64,000 bases of DNA from a virus. Position 1 is the first letter of the stretch, and each line of letters begins with the position of its first letter. The position numbers and the translations under genes are program-made. This document shows positions 1 to 10,352 of the stretch, piece by piece. The stretch lies in the IMG/VR virus record IMGVR_UViG_642555139_000003. One strand, written 5' to 3'. The notes under the pieces were generated by a model. That model saw nothing but the letters and a program-made list of their open reading frames with translations, ran no database searches and was not told the origin of the DNA.

Positions 1-44
1 AGTTTTTCGCGGGATCGCGCGGGCCGGGCGGCGCGGCGCGCGGC

Positions 45-3000
45 TTATGAAGCGACGGGCTCGGTCAGGTTGATGAGCACGGTGTTGTTGAGGCTGATGG
101 CCTTGGCGTTCTGGGCGGTCTCGTTGAGATCGATTTCCCAGAAGTGCTTGGTGGCAGGATCAAAGCTGTTGTTGGCCGGCGCAGAGATCGGCGTGACGCC
201 GCGCGGGGCTTGGTTCGACGCAACGAGGTATTCGATCAGCTTCGAGCCATCGCCCAGCGTCGTGTCGGACGCCTGATCCTGCGCATCGAACGGCAGCCAG
301 TCGGGCGAGTCCCAGCCGCCGGCGCCGAGACAGCGGATGCCGTCGGCACGCTCGGTCCAGGCGTTGACGCCGCCGGCGGGGTTCTCGACGAACCGGACAC
401 GGCGCGTCGCCATGAGGTTGTGGACGTGACCATGCACGAAGATCGCCTGCGGGTACTGCTGCACGATCGGCAGGATCTGCTCGCGCATCAGCCTCGGCGC
501 CGTGCTGCTCCAATCGGCGTTGGTCAGTCCGGACGGTCCGATGTGCCCCATGACGATGATGTGGCGGTAGCGGCTCGCTCGGGCGGCGAGAAGATCCCGC
601 AGCCAGGGCACCTGCTCGGCCAATGGCGTGGCGTGGTTGGTCTCCAGGGCGACCACCAGCAGCTCGGTCCCAACCTCGAACCAGCCGTAGCCGCGCGCTG
701 ATGTGTTCGCCGCGCCGCGCCGGTAGAAGGTCGAGAAGATCTTGTCCATGTAGCCGTAGACGCCCTGACCGTTGTAGGCGCCGCCGGCCGGGTTGCCCCC
801 CGTGGTGTCGCTGGCCTCGTGATTGCCCGCGATGGCCGCGATCGGGATCAGGCAGCCGTCCGCATCCACGAAGCGGCTCGACCACGCCCCGATGTAGTCG
901 CGGCACCGCTGCGTCAGCGCGGCAGAGGTGTTGCCGTCGTCTGCGAAGTGGTCGCCGCCCATGAGGATCAGATCGGCGTTGCGGGCCGCGACGAGGCCGC
1001 TCAGCACGTTGAAGTGGCTCAATCCGTAGAGGGCATTGGCCGAGTCGCGCTGCCAGTCCGAGACCACGGCAACCCGCAGGCTGCGCGCCCGGTAGTTCGG
1101 GAGCGTGCGGAACCGGCGAATGGCGGCAGCGCCACTTCCGGCGGCGCGCCACTCGTAGATCGTCTCCGGGGTCAGGTTGGTCACCGTCGCGAAGAAGACC
1201 CGATCCGTGGAGGCCGGAAGATCCTTCGCAACAGCGCCCGCGCTCATCCAGCTTGTCGAGCCGAGCACCCGATACTCGGCGGCCTTCGGCGCGGTGTTCG
1301 GCGCGTGCCACGTCAGGGTCATGTCCCGGCTCGGGTCGCTCGCAACCTCGACGCGGTGGAGGGTGGCAGCATTGCCCGAACCACCTCCGGAGGCTGCGGA
1401 GGCGCCGCTGCTCAAGGCGATCATCTGAGCGTTCGACAGCGGGCGCGGCAGCAAGAGCGCGGTGTGAACCGTGCCCATGAAGGCGTCGGTGCCCTCTCCC
1501 GTCCGGCTGCCGATCGCCATGACGGGGAACCCGATCAGCTCGTTGCTGCTGGGCGCGCTGGCGACGTAGAGGGTGCCGTTGACGGCAATGGCTTGCCGGC
1601 CGGGCTCCCATGACGCCGCCACGGTCACATCCGTGTTGAGCGGCACCGGCACGCTGTTGACGACGACCGTCTGCCCCGAGAACACGCACCCGAGATAGAC
1701 GAGCCCGGTCTGATCCACCGTGACGTGAAGGCGGTTCGACTCGTTCACGTAGACGCTGACGACCCGCCGACCGCCGGCCCCGACGGCCTGCAGCCGACTG
1801 ACGCGGAACCGGACGAAGAGCGCGCCGACATCGCGGAAGCGCAGGGGAGCGGACTTGATCGCCGCCGCAGCACGGACACCCGGCGTATTGGCCAGCGCCG
1901 GGATGTAGGACGTGGAGATCGGCTGCTTCTCGATCTGCGCGCCCCAGATCCAGAGCCCCTTGGTCGGGTCGCCTGGGTAAGCCGTTGCCTGCGCACCCGT
2001 GCCGTCGGCCGCAAGCGCAGCGACGAAGCGCATGGTGCCGGTCGAGGGCGGGATGAAGCTGACCGTGACGCGGATCCAGCTCGTCCTAACCCGCTCGACG
2101 AACACCTTGATCGTCGTCCCCGAAACCTGAACCACCGTGGCCGCCAGCAAATCGATGATGGCATTCTCGGTCGGCATCCCCGTGTCGATCTGCACGAAGG
2201 CCCGCGTGCGCTCGCCGGGGAAGTAGAAGATCGAGCAGGTGGTGAACTCGCCCTGATTGACGGCGAAGGTCTGCGTGACGCCGTGGACGCCGTTGTCCGT
2301 CGTCTCGGTCAGGCGGGTCGGGTTCGGAGAGTTGGCCGGGGACTGCGGATTGGCCTCCAGGGAAGCCGTTACGCGAGCCTTGGTCCAAGCTGCGTTCGTG
2401 AAATCTTCTGAGTATCGCGCAATATTTTCCGACGCAGGGTCGATGCGCCACCCGAGATAAGCCCCTGTATCACGGTCGTATTCGTGCGGGACTTCATTGG
2501 CGCCGACATAGTCGATACGCTGACGCTCATCGATGCGCGAAGCACCCGAATTGCGCACGAACGGCAAGACAGCGGAGTTAACGTTGGGCGCCGCCGCCAA
2601 GCCCATGACCGGCAGCGTCGGCAAGCCGAGTTGCTCGCCAACTCCCGCCAGCGACAGGACCGACATTTGGCTGTCGATGGAGGGGACCGATGGCGCGAGA
2701 TAGGCCCACGTCTTCGAGCCGTTGACGAGGCGAAGCTCATAGATCCCGGCATTCGGCGGCGTTGCGACCTGGCGGATCGTCCCGACGGCAGGGCTCGTGT
2801 CGGCCACCAGCTCGGCATAGGTCCGGTTCGGGGCGATCTGCGCGGCGCTTGCAGCGGCACCCGTTGCTGTGCTGGCTGCGCTCGCGGCCGTGCTGGCTGC
2901 GCCCTGGGCAGTGCCGGCGGCAGCATCCGCCGTGCTCGCCCGGAGATCCGCGAAGCTCGCCGCGGCTGACGCGGTGCCGGCGGCGCCGGCTGCAGTCCCC

Positions 3001-3509
3001 GCCGCCTGCTGAGCGAGGTCGCGGGCAGCCTCGGCCTCGGCGGTGCTGTCCGCCTTCAGCTGCAGCGGCTGACCGGCCGACCAATCCGCTGCGCTATTGG
3101 TATTGGCCCGCTTCACGAACAGCGTGAACGGCAGCGGGTCGACGCTGAGATAGACGAAGTCGACGGGCTGGTCGTTGTAGGCGTCGCGACCCGGCCGCGG
3201 GCCGGAGGCGTCCCACTTTACGGGCCCGGCCTCGAACTTGCTCAGCAGCGCGGCGAGCTGCCGGTTCGTGGCGACGCTCGACTGCCAGTAAGGGCCCGTG
3301 TTGGCGATCACCCACTCGACAGCCCCGGCACGGCTCTCGCCCGGCCATGGCTGCTTGAGGGTCAACTGCGTTGACGAGTCCCGAGAGGCGATAGCGACCG
3401 CCATGCCGTCGAGCATGAACAAGTCGAACTCAGCCGCCACGAAGGACGTGAGGGTTCCAGTGACAACAGGGGATCCTGCCGCCACCGTGATACTGTTTGC
3501 AGCCGCCAT
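45..3509 (-). CDS. Tail fibre/receptor-binding protein with LamG-like domain and C-terminal purple acid phosphatase-like (FN3 + metallophosphoesterase) module
   Basis: ORF 45..3551, with likely start ATG 3509 after a GAGG SD. N-terminal fibre anchor, Ala-rich stalk, spike-fibre-type and LamG-like segments, GGGSG linker, then motifs SDWQ, GGDH, GNHE, MGH and GHVH. Located directly downstream of the tail-tip genes. Confidence 0.8.
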   Translation of the reverse strand: MAAANSITVAAGSPVVTGTLTSFVAAEFDLFMLDGMAVAIASRDSSTQLTLKQPWPGESRAGAVEWVIANTGPYWQSSVATNRQLAALLSKFEAGPVKWDASGPRPGRDAYNDQPVDFVYLSVDPLPFTLFVKRANTNSAADWSAGQPLQLKADSTAEAEAARDLAQQAAGTAAGAAGTASAAASFADLRASTADAAAGTAQGAASTAASAASTATGAAASAAQIAPNRTYAELVADTSPAVGTIRQVATPPNAGIYELRLVNGSKTWAYLAPSVPSIDSQMSVLSLAGVGEQLGLPTLPVMGLAAAPNVNSAVLPFVRNSGASRIDERQRIDYVGANEVPHEYDRDTGAYLGWRIDPASENIARYSEDFTNAAWTKARVTASLEANPQSPANSPNPTRLTETTDNGVHGVTQTFAVNQGEFTTCSIFYFPGERTRAFVQIDTGMPTENAIIDLLAATVVQVSGTTIKVFVERVRTSWIRVTVSFIPPSTGTMRFVAALAADGTGAQATAYPGDPTKGLWIWGAQIEKQPISTSYIPALANTPGVRAAAAIKSAPLRFRDVGALFVRFRVSRLQAVGAGGRRVVSVYVNESNRLHVTVDQTGLVYLGCVFSGQTVVVNSVPVPLNTDVTVAASWEPGRQAIAVNGTLYVASAPSSNELIGFPVMAIGSRTGEGTDAFMGTVHTALLLPRPLSNAQMIALSSGASAASGGGSGNAATLHRVEVASDPSRDMTLTWHAPNTAPKAAEYRVLGSTSWMSAGAVAKDLPASTDRVFFATVTNLTPETIYEWRAAGSGAAAIRRFRTLPNYRARSLRVAVVSDWQRDSANALYGLSHFNVLSGLVAARNADLILMGGDHFADDGNTSAALTQRCRDYIGAWSSRFVDADGCLIPIAAIAGNHEASDTTGGNPAGGAYNGQGVYGYMDKIFSTFYRRGAANTSARGYGWFEVGTELLVVALETNHATPLAEQVPWLRDLLAARASRYRHIIVMGHIGPSGLTNADWSSTAPRLMREQILPIVQQYPQAIFVHGHVHNLMATRRVRFVENPAGGVNAWTERADGIRCLGAGGWDSPDWLPFDAQDQASDTTLGDGSKLIEYLVASNQAPRGVTPISAPANNSFDPATKHFWEIDLNETAQNAKAISLNNTVLINLTEPVAS

Positions 3510-3601
3510 CAGCTCGCCCTCGAAGATCGAGGCGCGATGCCAATGCTTCACGCATCCTCGCTCAAGGATGCGATGGGCAGCCCATAAACTGGTTGCGGCT
3601 G

Positions 3602-3802
3602 TCAGCCGGCGGAGCCGCCGGCGTCCATCTCGGCCTGAGCGTAGTCGATCTCGACATTCGCAAGGGTCATGACGAGGTTGGTCTGGCCGGGGCCGACGAC
3701 GGGGCCGGCATGCATCACCGGGATCTCGGCATCGCCGATCCTGACGGCCACCACTTGGCCGCCCACGTTCTGCACCAGTGTGATGCTTGTTTTCTCGGTC
3801 AT
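3602..3802 (-). CDS. Small tail-associated hypothetical protein (66 aa)
   Basis: ATG 3802 overlaps the stop of the J-like gene and lies between J and the fibre gene. Confidence 0.55.
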   Translation of the reverse strand: MTEKTSITLVQNVGGQVVAVRIGDAEIPVMHAGPVVGPGQTNLVMTLANVEIDYAQAEMDAGGSAG

Positions 3803-4549
3803 TACTTGCTCTCCTCTACTGACAGCGTGATCCCGCCGACTCCGCAGTTGTTGGTGTCGACAAGCTCGTAGGTGTGAGATCCGGCACCGGGCATGTCGAC
3901 ATATTCTAGCATTGTCGGCATCAAGATTATGAAATTGCCTCCAGCCGTTGGATCCCATTGGTAAGAAACCACCGTGGCGGACTCAAACAGGAGACCTCCA
4001 TTTCGGAAGATGCGGAAGTTGCCACCTTGGAAACCGATGGACGGAAAGCGGCGGCTTGGATCACCTCTCCGACTGGCCGTGAGAGTGATCTCCTGTGAGG
4101 TTCGGACATTAATCGTCAGCGAGACAGACTGCCCGCTATTTGGCTTTGTAACTTTGCTGGAAATTCCGCCGTCCTTGACGTTGACGTTATCGACGACCAG
4201 GCTGCCGATCTGGGCCGAGTTGACGATCAGGTTCTCACCCGCCAGCGCTCGACCAGTGATCGAGCCGTCAACGAACAGGTCTCCGCGCAGGCGCAGATCG
4301 AACGAAACGGTCCCGTCGAGCTGGCGCACACCGGTAAAGACGAAGCCGCCGGCCTGCCCGTCGATATAGCCGGTGACGCCGTACTGAACTTTGATGCCGT
4401 CGATCGAGGTGCCGTAGGTCGTGAGCGTGGCGGAGTGTCCGCCCACCGTCGAGTTGAGCGCCTGGATCGACTCAGCCTGCGCCGTTAGCGTTCCGTCAAC
4501 GACGTTCGCTCGCGTCAGAAGCGCCTGAGCCGCTCCGGCATTGGCGCTA

Positions 4550-5399
4550 GGGTCAAAACCGCATCAAGGTGTTGCGTGGGCTGTAGTTTTATGATTCGAG
4601 GCTGCCGTTTGCAGCGCGGAGGCGGCGGTGGCGGATCTGTTCTGGCTCTCGGATGAGCAGTGGGCGGTGATCGAGCCGTTCCTGCCCCGCAATCAGCCCG
4701 GACCCGAGCGCAAGGACGACCGGCGGATCATCTCCGGCATCCTGCACGTGATCACCGCAGGCTGCCGCTGGTGCGACTGCCCGGATACCTACGGCCCGTC
4801 CACCACGGTCTACAACCGCTTCAACAGGTGGTCCCGCCGCGGCTTTTGGCGCGCGATGCTGGCCGCCCTGGCCAAGGCTGGATGGGCTGGGGACGCGGCC
4901 GCCCTCGACAGCACCTATGTCCGGGCCCACCGCTCCGCCCACGGTGGCAAAGGGGGGCTCGCACGCAGGCCATCGGCCCGTCGCGCGGCGGCCAGACGAC
5001 CAAGGTCCACGCGCTCACCGACGTCCTCGGTCGCCCCGGCGTCCTTCTGCTGACGCCAGGCAACGCCAGCGACGTGACGACCGCGCCAGCCGTACTGGCC
5101 GAGGCGCCCGGCCGCATCCGCCGTCTGGCCGCCGACAAAGGCTACGACGCCGACTGGCTGCGCACCGATCTGCGGGAGGCAGGCATCACGCCCGTCATCC
5201 CGGGCAAGCGCGGCCGAAAGCGGAAGATCCGCCACGACAAGCGCCGCTACCGCGAGCGCTGGCGCATCGAGGCGACCTTCAACCGCCTCAAGGACTTCCG
5301 CCGCATCGCAACCCGTTACGACAAGCTCGCCCGCAACTACGCTTCCGCCCTCGCGCTCGCCGCCGTCATCGCCTTCTGGTGCTGATCGAGTCTCGACCC
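4550..5399 (+). mobile_element. IS5 family (IS427-group-like) insertion sequence, 850 bp
   Basis: Imperfect TIRs GGGTCAAAACCGCATCA / GGGTCGAGACTCGATCA, TA duplication (4548-49 and 5400-01) at a CTAG target, and a two-ORF transposase. Confidence 0.92.
4628..5385 (+). CDS. IS5 transposase (orfA 4628-5053, orfB to 5385) joined by -1 frameshift, about 252 aa
   Basis: DUF4096-like N-terminus (WLSDEQW...WCDCP..YG...YNRFNRW) and DDE motifs (LDST, ADKGYD, RWRIE). AAAGGGGGG at 4949-4957 marks the frame switch. Confidence 0.9.
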
Positions 5400-8300
5400 T
5401 AGTCTGCTCGGCCAGATATAGCGCTGCGCTTTCCAAGGCCGTAACGCGGCCAGCCGTGGAGCTGATGCCTCCCTCGGACGTAGAGACGCGGGTTGTGAGT
5501 TGATCAAGCGCAGTGGCCGTGCCGCTGATCTGCCCGCCTTGCGCCGACACAGTGCTCTCAAGGACCGCAACGCGGCCGACAGCGGAGATGATCTCGTCTT
5601 CATCTTTAGACACTCGCGTCGTGAGTTGATCCAGAGCGGTTGCCGTGCCGCTGATATGCCCGCCTTGCGCCGAGACCGTGCTCTCCAGCGTGGTCACGTC
5701 TTCGGACAGCGAGAAGATGTTGCCCTCGGCGGTGCCGACCCGCGTCGTCAGCAGGCTGACCGCCGTCGCCGTTCCGCTGATCTGGTTGCCCTGATCGGTC
5801 ACGGTGCTCTGCAGGCTCGTGAGCGACTGGCTAAGGGTTTCGATCCCGCCTTCAGTGACGGTCACCCGGGTGGTGAGTTGCTGCAGGGCCGTCGCTTGGC
5901 CCGAGAGGCCGCCCTCTGCCGTGGTTAAGCGCGTGTCGAGAGCCGTGGTGATCTCGGCTAGCGCCTGATCCGCCGCGATCATCGCCCGTTCGGTGCGCTG
6001 GATCGCGGCATAGTTCGCGCTGCTACCGACCTTGATCAGTTGGCGCTGCTCGTAGGCATTCGCCTCCTGCGTCGCCTGTGCGGCTGCCAACTCCTCGATG
6101 TAAGCGGCAAGCTGCTGCTGGGCCCCGCGGAGGGTATCGCGCGCCATGCTGAGCGCCACGACCGTCGCGTCGCGCCCCTCGGCCAACGCGCCTGACCCGA
6201 GCGCATTGATGTCCTCGATGTCCTTTCGCGTCTGGGCCGCCAGCTTCTCGATGGTTATAGAGAGATCTTTGAAGAGGTCGCCGTCGATTGACAGAGCAGG
6301 CACTTCACATGCCCGTTCAACGAACCGGCAAAGGATGCCGTTCGGCGTGATGCAGGCCACACGCACCCAGGCCTCGGCAACGTCGGCCATCGGGATCTCG
6401 AACGTCGTCCGGCTGTTCCTGTGCGCCTCAGCCCAGGTCGCCCTTCCGTCAATGCTGACCTGCGCGAGATAGAGTGCGGCCCCAGCAACCGGATCCCACG
6501 AGGCCGTCAGGAACAGGCCGGCTCCTCGCTGGAATGCACGAGCCGACAGACGCGAGATCATCGGCGCCAGCGACTTGTCGAAGATCGCCGGCACCTGCGG
6601 GATCGGCGGCACGCTGCCGGGGGTCGCCGCGTACACCTCCTTGGCCTCGATCACCGTGTCGATCGTCGCCACGAAGTCGCGCATGGTGGCAGCCACCACC
6701 AGCCCTCGATATTCTCGGGGGCTGCCGGCCGAGAAGGAATAGCTCGGTGGATCCTCCGTCTCCTCGCGATCGAGCACTCGGGCGTAGATCGAGCCCTGGC
6801 TCGCCTCTACGGCGGCGAGATCTGACTGCGAGAGGGCAACCACGGATGCCGTGACACTCGCCACGCGGACGGGGCCGTAGGGGCGCCCATTGCGCTGCCG
6901 CAGCAGGATGAAGTGCGACTGCCCGGCCTTCCAGGTCACAGGCCGATCCACGGTGAGCTGCAGCACGCCGTTGACGTTGAGGTAGGCCCGGACCTCCCCC
7001 CCTTCGCCCCATGTCTGCGGCAGCTCGCTTTGAATGAGCACCAGGTCGCCGCGCTTCAGCATGCGGCCTTCCAGCTCGCACTGAAACTGCACTCGGCGGC
7101 GCCGGTACCGGTTCACAGCCGCGAGGTACGCGGCGCAATCGGCGGCTTGCCCCGCCTTGGACACGCCGGGCATCTCCACCCTGGCCGGGCGCAGCAACCC
7201 CTCGATCGAGGCCACGCTCGCGGCGCGGTTGGTCCGCTCGTCGAAGTAATTCACCACCACGCCGTCGGCCCACGTATCGTCGAGCAGCTGACGCTTGATG
7301 GTCAGCGAGCCGCGGACGATCTCCTGGTCGGTGAAGACCATGCGGGGACTCTTCGGCTCGTCCCGCACCACGCTGAGCCGGTCACCGATGAAGGCCGGGT
7401 TCGCCTTCACGACGCGGAGCGCAGTCTCGATCGCGTCCTGGATCGAGATCGAGTCCTCGAAGAAGTGGTCGAAGGTGTCGCCCCGGGCGTCGGCCGCATC
7501 TCGCTGATAGAGCAGGTCGGGCAGCACGAGGTTGGCCTCTGACAGGCCGGCCGAGTAATCCGCGTTGCGCCACATATCGATCGCGGCGTCGATCGGATTG
7601 CGGCTTTCGGCGAGCTGCCAGAGGCCTCCCTGGAAGACCTCGATCTTACGACGGGCGATGACACCGATGCGATTCTGCGTGCCGCCCGAGGTCTGCGCGT
7701 CCGCCTTCATAAGGGTCGCCAGCATGGTGACGCCCGTGAAGGCCTGCGGCCCGTCGATCAGAGCGCGGGCGCCGGTCCAGGAGACATCGTCATGCGCCTG
7801 AAGATCAGGATCGAGCGTGACGTCCTGATAGGAGTCGTTCCGTCGCTTCGACCGCACCTGCCAGCGGCCACCATCGACCGCGATCTTCTCGGTGACGCGG
7901 TGAGCGACCTTCGTGCTGATGCTGTACGTCTTGTCCAGCAGCGTGATCCACGGCGCACTCTCGCCGCCGATCGGCGCGCCGGCCTCGTCGACCTTGCGGC
8001 CTTCAGCGAGGACCAGCGTGTTGACCGGGTACTCCTTTCCCTTGCGAGTCGCGCCGGCGCCAGACGGCCAGACGAAGTCGAGCCAGATCTCCTTCGCGTC
8101 AGTCTCCGGCGGGTTGATGACGAACGGGCCGAGGTAGCCCTGCCGGACAGGATCCTTGCTCGGGCTTGGCAGGCGCTGCCCCGAGACCTCTGACGCCGAA
8201 GTGACGTTCACCGGGAAGAGCGTCACCTGCTCGCCGGGGAGCACCCACTGGAACTGGATGTCGGCGAAGGCCGGGTTCAGGCCGTCGAGCGCCGTCCACC

Positions 8301-8991
8301 ACGGGGTGTCGTCGAGAAGGAAGCGTTGAGGCTCGTAGACGCCGCAGCCGATGCAGAACAGCTGGTAGAGGAACTGATCGTCGCCGTCGTATGTAGAGTA
8401 GGGCGGGGCGGCGTACTCCGGGTACCGGAGGCGCTGACCATACCCGACCGGGATCATGCCGAGCGGCCGGGCCTGATTGCTCGATGCTGAGATGCTGTAG
8501 AGCGACTTCGCGCTCGCCGCCGGCTGCGCCGCCTTCGGTTTCATGAATTGGCTGAGCAGCGCGCCACCCGCGGCCAGGACAAAGCCGGCGAAGATCGAGC
8601 TGTAGGCCACACCGCCAATGGTCGCCCCGGTCAGTCCCATGGCGCCCGCGATGGCGCCGCCGGCATACGGAGCCAGGACCATGAGCGCGACCATCGCGAC
8701 GATGCTGCCGATAGTCTTGGCGGTCGACGGCCGCCCGTCGCTTCCGCCGCCCAGGCCGGGCCGCGAGACGATGACGATCTCGTGCGAGGCCTCGATGTGA
8801 ATCGTGGTCAGCTCGGTTGGCCGGATCACGCGGCCATCGACGAAGCAGCGGGTCGGCAGGTCGAAATGCCAGTTCACCCGCTCAATGAAGCCTTGAATCG
8901 TCTCGCCTTCGCGGGCCGGCTCAGCGTTCAGGACGAGGAGGGGATGACCATCGGGCGCCAGGAGCTGGTGCTGGATGGAGCGGGCCATGGC

Positions 8992-9423
8992 TCACCTGCG
9001 GCGATAAAAACCGATCCGCTTGAAGCCTTTCACCTCCAGGGACGGAAGATCGTCGAGGATCACCCGGTTCACGGGCGCGTCCTGCGCATGGATGACCCAG
9101 AAGCTTCCCTTCAGCCTGACGCACAATCCAACGTGCCGGCGGCGCTCAGCCACGTTCGCCATCACGGCGATGTCCCATTCCTCCGGCTCCGACACGCGGC
9201 GCCACGCGTCGAGCTCCGGGTGACCGGTCAGCGCCCGCCCGATATCCTCCCCACACGGCTGGGCACCCTGCGGCCGCGCAATTTCCGGGAGTGGCGCGCG
9301 TCCCGCCGCGCGGTAGACGAAGAAGGGCACGCCATAGCAGTCGAAGGCATCGGGCCCGTCGGCACCCTCGCGGTACGGCTTACCGACCAAGCTCTCGATG
9401 AGCGCCTCGTGCTCCGGGCTCAT
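8992..9423 (-). CDS. NlpC/P60 family tail assembly protein (lambda K-like)
   Basis: GKPY..G..GP..FDCYG and HVGL..VIHA motifs; position in the tail-tip cluster. Confidence 0.85.
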   Translation of the reverse strand: MSPEHEALIESLVGKPYREGADGPDAFDCYGVPFFVYRAAGRAPLPEIARPQGAQPCGEDIGRALTGHPELDAWRRVSEPEEWDIAVMANVAERRRHVGLCVRLKGSFWVIHAQDAPVNRVILDDLPSLEVKGFKRIGFYRRR

Positions 9424-9435
9424 GCATCCGATCCA

Positions 9436-9978
9436 TCATGATGTCTGGATCAGCGAGGCGAACTCGTCGGCCGAGTAGACGCGAGTCCCGAACTTCAGGT
9501 TCTGGGGCGACGCGATCTCGACCTTCCCGCTCACGGACCCGTTGTCCGTGGCGATCTCCTTTAGGACGAAGCGGAAGGGGCCCTTGTCGACCACCGTCCC
9601 ACGATTCGACAGGAAGACGCGGTAGATCACCACGATGGGCTCGAACGACGTCTCAATCGCATCGAGGTACGGCTCCATCTCGCGCTCCACGTTGTCGACG
9701 CGTAGGTCGGCCTGCGGCGCCTGACCTTCAGCGACGCTGGGATAGCCCCACGTGAAGGGGATGGCCGTGAAATCGACGTCCTCGCCCCCATTGAGCGGGG
9801 CATCGACCTCAAGGCGGAACCTCCAATCTCGCGTGTCATTCACCGCCCGCACGGCCGTGCGAACGCCGTTCTCGACGATGGCTGAGTGGTGCAGCTCGAT
9901 GGTTTCGAGAGCGACCACCGTCTTGTCGTTGGCGGCGATCGCGATCTCGTACTCCTCGCTCCAGGGGTCGCTCATCAC
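9436..9978 (-). CDS. Minor tail protein, DUF1833-like (lambda L-like position)
   Basis: LETIELHH and FTAIPFTWGYP..EGQAP motifs; position between the distal tail gene and NlpC. Confidence 0.75.
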   Translation of the reverse strand: MMSDPWSEEYEIAIAANDKTVVALETIELHHSAIVENGVRTAVRAVNDTRDWRFRLEVDAPLNGGEDVDFTAIPFTWGYPSVAEGQAPQADLRVDNVEREMEPYLDAIETSFEPIVVIYRVFLSNRGTVVDKGPFRFVLKEIATDNGSVSGKVEIASPQNLKFGTRVYSADEFASLIQTS

Positions 9979-10352
9979 AGATCCAAGACGTTGAGCATGA
10001 AGTTCACCCGCATGTGGCCGGCGGCCTCATCGGGCTTGGCGCTGTAGGTGCCCTTCTCGAACCAGCAGGTCTTGGTGACCCAGCCGGCGCGTCGATAGTA
10101 GATCGGGACGGTGAAGCGGGACGCCCCGTGGCCGAGCGTGTCTCGCTCCCATGCCGCGAAGATGTCGAACTCGTCATCCGGCATCTGGATCGAGATCTGC
10201 AGCTGCCCGATCGCGGCGGTGAACTGACGGCGCGACCGGGTGTTGCCGGCGTTCATGTCGGTTTGGAGCGGCGGCAGATGCGGGCTCGCGATCGCGTAAT
10301 CCGCACGAAGGGGCTTATGCTTCACGCCCGGAGGCCAAGGCGGGTAGGCCAT
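9975..10352 (-). CDS. Distal tail protein (lambda M-like)
   Basis: WP..LQTDMNAGNTRSRRQFT pattern; immediately after the tape measure gene. Confidence 0.7.
   Translation of the reverse strand: MAYPPWPPGVKHKPLRADYAIASPHLPPLQTDMNAGNTRSRRQFTAAIGQLQISIQMPDDEFDIFAAWERDTLGHGASRFTVPIYYRRAGWVTKTCWFEKGTYSAKPDEAAGHMRVNFMLNVLDL

Larger units (their letters stand above)
3802..8988 (-). pseudogene. Tail tip/host-specificity protein (J-like) interrupted by IS; about 1444 aa when reconstructed
   Basis: Removing 4550-5399 plus one TA copy joins ...LAEQT|SANAGAAQ... in frame with ORF 3802..4446 (4335 nt, divisible by 3). Has lambda I/J-like N-terminal and central regions. Confidence 0.88.

Noticed and set aside
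4589-4942. Minus-strand ORF inside the IS as a separate gene
   Set aside because: It is an antisense frame of the transposase with no supporting features.
45-8988. Diversity-generating retroelement acting on the fibre or J gene
   Set aside because: No reverse transcriptase and no TR/VR pair differing at adenines; the repeats seen are coiled-coil tandem repeats.
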